DNA of 64,000 nucleotides from Histomonas meleagridis 2922-C6/04-290x (Eukaryota; Protista; Parabasalia): NCBI GenBank assembly GCA_020184695.1, contig JAANOX010000271.1, positions 1 to 64,000 of the forward strand, read 5' to 3'. Shown piece by piece: positions 56,774 to 64,000 of this stretch (position 1 is its first letter; each line of letters starts with the position of its first letter). The notes under the pieces were generated by a model. It saw only the letters and a program-made list of their open reading frames with translations, ran no database searches and was not told where the DNA came from. The position numbers and the translations under genes were made by a program.

Positions 56774-59700
56774 CTAAACAATTAATTTTGTCATTTTCTT
56801 TGAAGGGAAAGGAATTGTATTTACACTTCCCAATTCCGACAACAATACGAAGCATTGATTCTTTACCGAGTACGACACCGAAATTACATTTTTCTCTTTT
56901 TCCGAGTTCAGATATGTTATATCTTCTGGATATAAACATTCGAAGAATCCTATTTTCATATTTTCGTCCAAGAAATATACAAAATCGAAACCTTTTTCAT
57001 TTGTGAAAGAGTTCCAATAAGAAATTCTTTTATTAATTTTTATATTTTTAATTAATTTACCTTTATTACTAAATATTAAAATTTCTAATTCAGAATAAAC
57101 AATAATGAAACCCCAACCATTTGTAATCAAAATCAATTCTCCGATTGAACTTAAGTTATGTTTTTGTAATAATTTAAAATTCGGATATTTCATTATATTC
57201 AACGAACAATTTTTACCACAGAACGCGACGATTTTATTTTTCTCATTAATCACAAAACAATTTATATCAGTACGCGTTGAATAAACACATTTATGTTCAC
57301 CACTTTTAACTTTATATATAACTGATTCATCATAATAAAAGAAACTTGATTTCAAACATTGGAATATAAATGTGTTTAATGGAAGATAAAAATCTAATCG
57401 ATTATTAATCGAGAAAATCGAAAGATATTGTTTTTCATGATCATAACAAAACAATAATCGATTTACTTTATAAAATGATTTCATTAAAACGTTTTTAACT
57501 TCAAATTCTTTAACTTTTGTTAATTTTCCTTCATTTATAACATAAAAAATAATTTTCCCTTTTATCGTTATACAACAAATTGTTTCATTAGAACAAAAGC
57601 CAAATAATAATTTTTGTTCTTGAAAAGTTTCATTAATTATTAATTCTTTAGTTATTTGTTGTTGTGGTTGAATCTTTTCAAGTTTTTTATAGTTTTGTTT
57701 ACCAAAAATGTTTTCGATCCATTTTGGTAATGACTTTGTTATGTTTTCGGATTCTAAAGCTTTCCGCATCATATAAACAAATTCATATTCTGATTTACAC
57801 CATTTTGGTAATGAAATTCCATTAAACTTTTCAGGAGAATTAAAGAAATCTTTAGTTAATACATTTGAAGTTGAAAATATTTCATCTAATTTTTGATCTT
57901 TATTTAGTGATAAATTTGGAGAATTAATTTGATTTGATTTAATGATTTCAATATTATTATTAACAATGAATTGATTTGTTTTATATGATATTACCATTGG
58001 AAATATCGAGTCATGATTTTTACTAATTTTATCGAAATATTTATTAATTTCTGTTAAATATTGATAATTAGTATACCATATCGTTGGTTGTAATGGTTTT
58101 TTATCTTTTTCTTTTTTAATATTATTATTGTTGTTTTGATTTGTATTATTTGTATTATTTTGTTGTATCTTTTTATGGTTTTTATATGTGAAACTTGGAT
58201 TTCGTACAATATCATCATGGAATTGTTTAGCGTTTTGTAATTCTTCACGAATATCATTTAAGATATTATAAGATTGCCGTATAAAATTGGAATATTCTTC
58301 TTTAATTTTCTCGATTTTATTCGAAATGTCAATTTTAGAATAACCTTTTGGATCGATAAAACGTTCAATTAAATCTTGATAAACATAATTTTCGATATTT
58401 TTTAATTTTATGATTTTATTTGCAATTATTAACTTATTACAATTATATTGTTGATTAGGTGTTAATATAATTCCATATAAATATTTTAATTTACGTTCTT
58501 CTGTTAAAAATATTAATAAGTCATTAATATTTAATACTTTTCTTTTATCTAATTTATAAATCTTTGGAGTAAATTCTGATGAAAAAATCGATTCTTTAAA
58601 GTCATTTAATAATTGATCATTATGAGTTTGGAATGTTAAATGATAAAAATGTGTCATTACTGCAATATTTAATATTTCGATAATAACTTCTTCATTATCA
58701 GATTGTAAATAATTAGATAATGAATCTAAATATAAATCTAATTCATATTGATTAGATTCTTCTAAATATGCGGACATATATTCAAGAATAAATGATATTG
58801 TTTGAATTGTTTTTATTGGATTACTTGATTTAAATGAAAAATATGATAAAAAATTATAAAAACTTTTCTTCGATTCTTTTGTTGCATGATATGAAAAAAT
58901 TATTGGAAATAAATACCAATAACCATTAGTTTCAATACCACTTTGTAAGATTACAATATAAGCTGATAATTTTTCGGCATAAAAATGATTTAAAAATAAT
59001 GCTAAATAACAACATAATGCATAAAAATTAGGATAATCAAATAATAACTCAATTAACTCATCGAAGATTTTAGAGAAATCTTCATTTTCATTAAACATAA
59101 ATAAAAGTTTTAATAATTCCGAATGAAAATTATTTTTTGTTAATTCATAAAATACCAATAAACTTGTGATAGATATATTATGATATATTAATTTATATAT
59201 AAATTCTAATGATATTTGTTTAAACTTTTCATTTAATGAAGAAGAAAATGAACATAAAACTCTTAAATAAAAGTCATGATATTGTTGTTTTTGAACGCAA
59301 TTTTTAATGATATAAAACAAATTTGTTTCATCAATATGTATTAAACAAATTTTACTTATTATAGCTAAATATAAATTATCATATTTCGGATTATAATTTT
59401 CTAGTAATTTACTTAAAATGTTTTTATTATTTAAAAACATTTCTTTATATGAAAAAATTACAATTAAATTCCAATGATTTAATATCGATTCGAATTGTTC
59501 ATCTTCACATTTACTCCATAAATCAAAATTCATAATAAAATTATAAAAGAAATAAGATAAAAGTTCATCATAAGTAATCAATTCAAAGATATCATATAAA
59601 GTATAATATAAATCAGAATTAACTTCAGTAATTTCATCGATTTTTTGTTTAAATTTCGATATGTTTTGATATAAAATTATTTGTATATCTTTCGATTGTA

Positions 59701-62700
59701 TAATATTTTTTAATGTATAAAGAAATTTCGTATTTAAATTTATTGTTTCGATAAATTTCATAAGAGAAATTTTATTTTTAAAATAATTTATAACTAAATT
59801 CTTTTGATATAACTTTTGTTGTGGTGTTAACTCAAACTTTAAGTCAATTGGCGTAATATTATTAATCTTTAAGTTATACATAAATCCAATTTCTTTATCT
59901 GTTAATGTTCGATTATAAAAATATATATTACTAATTACACCGAAGTAATAATTATTAAAATTATTTGTTAAATATTCATTAGTTCCACTAATACAATTTA
60001 ATTTTTCTTGTGTTTCATCAAATAAAATATTACTCATATCAGAACGTGTATCTTTTATATTATCTAAAATTGTTCGTAAATTATATGTTGAGTTTTTATC
60101 ATTATGATGGAAATTAATTACTATAAAATGATATCTATCAAATGTTTCATTTAATTCTTTCTTAGATTTAACTGATTGTTGAATATATAAATTACATAAA
60201 TTTACATAAGTTATCGAATTTTGTTTTTGATAACGTAAATATAATGCATTATTTTCAATATATATACAAAGTAAATTACGTTTTTCATCATAAATTTTTA
60301 TTAGATTTAACTTTATATTCTTTAAATGTATTAAATCAAAATCAATTCGAAGCCAAAATGAAATCGAATATGAATTATTATTTAATAAATTTGGTGTTAA
60401 TCCTTTAATTTGAACTGCTGAAGGATATGAAGTTAAACAAATTGATTTTTTATAATTTTCTTGTGAATTATTTATGAAAGAATGAAACAAATCAATCATA
60501 TATGAATCATTATTTCGACAATAATCCATTAAATAATATAAAAATGAATATGAAGTTTTAGTATTAGCAATGAAATTAATTAATGGTACAATTATTTTAT
60601 TTTGTAAATCAAAACTTATCAATAATTTATAATTAATACCATTAAACTTAAGTTTAATTTTCTCATTTCTTTCTTTTAATATTTTTAATAAAAACAAATC
60701 TAAGTTTACATGATGACATTGTACTAAGTTATGATATGATAATAAACAATTTTGGAATAAGTTATTCAAAAAAGTTTTAATAAAATTCGTTTTACCAAAA
60801 ATCGAAAAAATTAAATATATAAATTGTGGTCTTGATATAAAAAAATATGGATCTTGTTCATTAACATCATATAAAGCCAAATTATGATTAGTAATTAAAT
60901 TTATCAAAATCATATACATTTTATTATTAATTTCATTCTTTTTAATATATGAAATTATTTCTTTTACAACATAATTCGATGGGAAATAATTCGGAATTAT
61001 AAGTGAACAAGTTCGAATTAAATCCAAAACAATATTTAATGATTTTATTGTCGGATCTTTTATAAATAAGTTATATATGTAAGGATATATCGAATTAAAT
61101 ATATTTATTAAAATATAATTCGATTTAATTAAACGAATTATCATTTCGCAAATTTGATATGAAATATTTAAATGAATTTTCGGATTCTCCAAAAAATTTG
61201 TTACATATTCAATAAATGTCGAATAATATCTTTCAGTTTTATAATTCGTAAAATAACTTTCTAAAAAGCGTAAAATGATTTCAGTTAAATCTTCTTCATA
61301 AATGAAATTTATTATTAATGGAAATATCATTGGAAGTTCAATTATTTGTTTATCTACATTTCGAAAGATAAAATTAAAAACTGAACTTCTCGCTAATGAT
61401 ATTTCATAATTATGTTGATTAATATCAATTCGTTGTAATTGTATTGCTAATTCACTAATTGATTTTAATGTGTTTTCATCAAATGTATTAATAATCTCTG
61501 GACATATAATTAATATTCGTGAAATTATTTCGGCAAATAATAAAGGTGAACTTTTAACTTCATTAAATAATGTTACGAACATTTTTATTTCATTTTTCTT
61601 TTTAATTAATGTTAAAATATCATTTCGTAATTGATTTGTTGATGGATCTAAACTATTTTTGATGAATATATTTTCATTTGCTATAAACACATCACTTTTA
61701 ATGATTAATTTAAAATCTAAATCAGAAAATATTTGTGAATTATCTGAATCAATTAAATATAAATATAATGACATTGCAAATAATTTGGTTCGGAAATCTG
61801 CAATTTCTATATTTGCTCGAAAATTATCTATAAATACATTTTTACATAAAGGTGATGAACGTTTAAAGAAATCACATAAAACATCAACTTTAAAATCACC
61901 AAATTTCTCTGATAATGGATGCAAATTTTGAATGATTTTGGGTAACGATAGGAGACCGTTTGCTAATGAATTTAATTTTTCACTTGGTATTTCACTGCAA
62001 ATGCTTGTTTTTGGTGTGTTTTTACCAAAGATTTCCCCAGAATTATAGACATTAAAGGGTGGGAAATCATTTGTTTCACAATAACATTTATCAACAATTT
62101 GATCAAATGTTAATGTAAGAAATTTGATATATGCTAATTTTGGAATATCATATTCTCCTTTGATATTAGAAAGTGCAACAATTAAATTTAAAACTTTGGG
62201 ATTATCAAGTGTAATATATTCAGAAATAGGTTCTGTAAGTTTCGTCGATGGTAATGCTTTGACGATTTCTTTTCGAGAATCAAATATGAATTCATAAAAT
62301 TCGAATATTTGTTCTTTGGGAATAATTCCTTTTGTGCATATATCAGCCATAGTTAAATAAAAATTGGTTGATAGTAAAGTATCTATTTTTGCATGATTTA
62401 AAATTGTTGAAAACAATTTTGAAGTGATTGGGAATTTTGCTTCTGTGACAACTTTTTCGACAAGCTTCTCACAAATAAAAGTTGATGATTGTTTTGTATC
62501 TGGATGTTGATAACTATGATTAAATGAATCAATAAGATTAATGATTTCAATTTCTGAATAATCTTCCGAAAAAAATGCAAACCAAATTGCTTGAAATAAG
62601 ATAACTAGGTTTAAATAGATTGAAGGCTCATAATTTTGGTCAGATAAACTTTTAAGATTGGTAAAATCATAATTTAAAATAAATTTTAAATTTGCTGCTT

Positions 62701-62902
62701 CTATTGCACGAGGTATACTTTCTTTTGACTTTAAAAGTTTATGAAGAGTTGTTAATTGATTTTTTTCAATTTTTGGCATTATTGAAGAATATAAATCGAA
62801 TCCTGCAGGCTTAGGGTTTGGAGGTGTAGAATCTTGATTTTTATAGTGTAAGTAATAAACATTTGTAATTGGATCATCTTGGAATTGGATTATTAGATTC
62901 AT
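56774..62902 (-). CDS. Large BEACH-related protein (ConA-like region, partial BEACH, WD40-like C-terminus)
   Basis: 2042-aa intact ORF. LPKWCKSEYEFVYMMRKALESE.ITKSLPKWIENIFG matches the BEACH C-terminal half. Confidence 0.75.
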   Translation of the reverse strand: MNLIIQFQDDPITNVYYLHYKNQDSTPPNPKPAGFDLYSSIMPKIEKNQLTTLHKLLKSKESIPRAIEAANLKFILNYDFTNLKSLSDQNYEPSIYLNLVILFQAIWFAFFSEDYSEIEIINLIDSFNHSYQHPDTKQSSTFICEKLVEKVVTEAKFPITSKLFSTILNHAKIDTLLSTNFYLTMADICTKGIIPKEQIFEFYEFIFDSRKEIVKALPSTKLTEPISEYITLDNPKVLNLIVALSNIKGEYDIPKLAYIKFLTLTFDQIVDKCYCETNDFPPFNVYNSGEIFGKNTPKTSICSEIPSEKLNSLANGLLSLPKIIQNLHPLSEKFGDFKVDVLCDFFKRSSPLCKNVFIDNFRANIEIADFRTKLFAMSLYLYLIDSDNSQIFSDLDFKLIIKSDVFIANENIFIKNSLDPSTNQLRNDILTLIKKKNEIKMFVTLFNEVKSSPLLFAEIISRILIICPEIINTFDENTLKSISELAIQLQRIDINQHNYEISLARSSVFNFIFRNVDKQIIELPMIFPLIINFIYEEDLTEIILRFLESYFTNYKTERYYSTFIEYVTNFLENPKIHLNISYQICEMIIRLIKSNYILINIFNSIYPYIYNLFIKDPTIKSLNIVLDLIRTCSLIIPNYFPSNYVVKEIISYIKKNEINNKMYMILINLITNHNLALYDVNEQDPYFFISRPQFIYLIFSIFGKTNFIKTFLNNLFQNCLLSYHNLVQCHHVNLDLFLLKILKERNEKIKLKFNGINYKLLISFDLQNKIIVPLINFIANTKTSYSFLYYLMDYCRNNDSYMIDLFHSFINNSQENYKKSICLTSYPSAVQIKGLTPNLLNNNSYSISFWLRIDFDLIHLKNIKLNLIKIYDEKRNLLCIYIENNALYLRYQKQNSITYVNLCNLYIQQSVKSKKELNETFDRYHFIVINFHHNDKNSTYNLRTILDNIKDTRSDMSNILFDETQEKLNCISGTNEYLTNNFNNYYFGVISNIYFYNRTLTDKEIGFMYNLKINNITPIDLKFELTPQQKLYQKNLVINYFKNKISLMKFIETINLNTKFLYTLKNIIQSKDIQIILYQNISKFKQKIDEITEVNSDLYYTLYDIFELITYDELLSYFFYNFIMNFDLWSKCEDEQFESILNHWNLIVIFSYKEMFLNNKNILSKLLENYNPKYDNLYLAIISKICLIHIDETNLFYIIKNCVQKQQYHDFYLRVLCSFSSSLNEKFKQISLEFIYKLIYHNISITSLLVFYELTKNNFHSELLKLLFMFNENEDFSKIFDELIELLFDYPNFYALCCYLALFLNHFYAEKLSAYIVILQSGIETNGYWYLFPIIFSYHATKESKKSFYNFLSYFSFKSSNPIKTIQTISFILEYMSAYLEESNQYELDLYLDSLSNYLQSDNEEVIIEILNIAVMTHFYHLTFQTHNDQLLNDFKESIFSSEFTPKIYKLDKRKVLNINDLLIFLTEERKLKYLYGIILTPNQQYNCNKLIIANKIIKLKNIENYVYQDLIERFIDPKGYSKIDISNKIEKIKEEYSNFIRQSYNILNDIREELQNAKQFHDDIVRNPSFTYKNHKKIQQNNTNNTNQNNNNNIKKEKDKKPLQPTIWYTNYQYLTEINKYFDKISKNHDSIFPMVISYKTNQFIVNNNIEIIKSNQINSPNLSLNKDQKLDEIFSTSNVLTKDFFNSPEKFNGISLPKWCKSEYEFVYMMRKALESENITKSLPKWIENIFGKQNYKKLEKIQPQQQITKELIINETFQEQKLLFGFCSNETICCITIKGKIIFYVINEGKLTKVKEFEVKNVLMKSFYKVNRLLFCYDHEKQYLSIFSINNRLDFYLPLNTFIFQCLKSSFFYYDESVIYKVKSGEHKCVYSTRTDINCFVINEKNKIVAFCGKNCSLNIMKYPNFKLLQKHNLSSIGELILITNGWGFIIVYSELEILIFSNKGKLIKNIKINKRISYWNSFTNEKGFDFVYFLDENMKIGFFECLYPEDITYLNSEKEKNVISVSYSVKNQCFVLLSELGSVNTIPFPSKKMTKLIV

Positions 62903-63039
62903 TACTTTTGGGTTGGAATGGGGTGCCCCGAAATTGTGACAATTAATGGTTTAAACCGAACGATTAAAACCTACTTTTTGAATATAATGTAAAATTGCCT
63001 CACAAAAAATATTTTTTCGCAAGAAAATTTATTAAACAA

Positions 63040-64000
63040 TTACAAATATTTCATATATTCTGAATGCTCATGTTCCATTTCGGTGAAGTTACCTTTCTGT
63101 ACATTTTCAGCATTATAACATTCTGGTATATATCCATGATTTTCAAAGTCATCATAAATTTCATTCACCAAATCTAATGCAGTTTTCCCTCCTTTAGCTT
63201 CTCTCATCTTTTCATCATTTTCATGATTAAATCCATCAAAACCATTCATTTCGAATCCTACATCTCTTGCATATAAATTAGTTCTACAAAATACTTTTGA
63301 AGAAATTGATAAATATATATCTTCACCATGAGAAAAAGTTAACACTTTAATTCTCGCGGATATTTTCGCATGAATTGGTCTAAACATAGTTGGCGAAGCA
63401 ATATGATCAGCTTTACCACAAGGCTGTGGATTACGACCATGAAATACTCGATATGTATCTTCATAAAAATGCCATCCAATAATAGCATCTTCATTTTCGA
63501 GTACATTTATATATATTTGATGCGTTTCATTATTTATTGGCGTTTGATCATCATCATATCTCATAATGATATCTGTTGGAAGCATCCCTGCAACATATGT
63601 CGGAAACATAAATAATGGCCTCCAATTATAACACCAAATATGATATATCGGCACACGATAATTAATGTTTTTTCGTATAAGTTCTAAATCAAGTGTAAAT
63701 CGATTTTCACATTGAAATAATAAATATAAATTCGGCTTAATCGTTTGTTCTTCATATTTTTTGATGTATTCATAGATATTCTCGCGTTTAAATAATGGAA
63801 GAAATACTGAAAGTATCGAACTTTTGTTTGTTATTAAACATTTTTCATATCGAACTTTTTCGATTGTTGTTATGTGATCATAATTTTGTGATTCTTTCAT
63901 TCCTTCAAATGGAAGATATTCAACAAAAAATTTTTTGTTTTCAAGTAATGAGAATACAAGTAATGGCGGAGGAGAACTTAATGTTGAATTTGTATAATAT
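63040..64000 (-). CDS. GT-A-like glycosyltransferase, 5' end beyond window
   Basis: DIIMRYDDD (DxD) and HGEDIYLS motifs; the frame stays open from ATG 63900 to the window edge. Confidence 0.55.
   Translation of the reverse strand, partial: YYTNSTLSSPPPLLVFSLLENKKFFVEYLPFEGMKESQNYDHITTIEKVRYEKCLITNKSSILSVFLPLFKRENIYEYIKKYEEQTIKPNLYLLFQCENRFTLDLELIRKNINYRVPIYHIWCYNWRPLFMFPTYVAGMLPTDIIMRYDDDQTPINNETHQIYINVLENEDAIIGWHFYEDTYRVFHGRNPQPCGKADHIASPTMFRPIHAKISARIKVLTFSHGEDIYLSISSKVFCRTNLYARDVGFEMNGFDGFNHENDEKMREAKGGKTALDLVNEIYDDFENHGYIPECYNAENVQKGNFTEMEHEHSEYMKYL

Noticed and set aside
1-64000. Alternative genetic code (stop reassignment) as the explanation for broken genes
   Set aside because: Long host ORFs are intact under the standard code and end in TAA or TGA; most breaks are frameshifts.

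Overview
Eukaryotic, very AT-rich DNA from a parabasalid (trichomonad, Tritrichomonas-like). This assignment is inferred from intron-poor compact genes, TCAYT initiator motifs, TAA(A) gene ends, and BspA, IBD and DUF3447-ankyrin families. Bases 1-~7.45 kb are part of an endogenous Maverick/Polinton-like virus with an A32-like packaging ATPase, a retroviral-type integrase, a chromodomain ORF and a long fibre-like gene with phage-tail-type repeats; many frameshifts fall in homopolymers. A 2.7 kb non-coding block follows, with a GC-rich multibranch structure, a 37-bp-arm palindrome, modular repeats and an AGT-repeat motif. Next is a frameshifted zinc-finger ORF starting 16 nt after a tRNA-Asn. 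The remainder is host genes plus mariner and aldo-keto reductase relics. The host genes include bromodomain, actin-related, kinase, GRIP golgin, IBD, ALG7, three BspA, CHD remodeler, two DUF3447-ankyrin, BEACH-like and glycosyltransferase-like genes. Three results stand out. (1) Two ankyrin genes have 93-nt repeat-coding blocks separated by frame-breaking AT-rich spacers, eleven of them exactly 77 nt and without usable GT-AG ends: a candidate non-canonical splicing or recoding system. (2) A 177-aa precursor appears to encode four different antimicrobial-type peptides between acidic Asn-ending spacers. (3) The endogenous virus has an unusual hairpin region and fibre gene. All family assignments come from motif reading or recall, not database searches.
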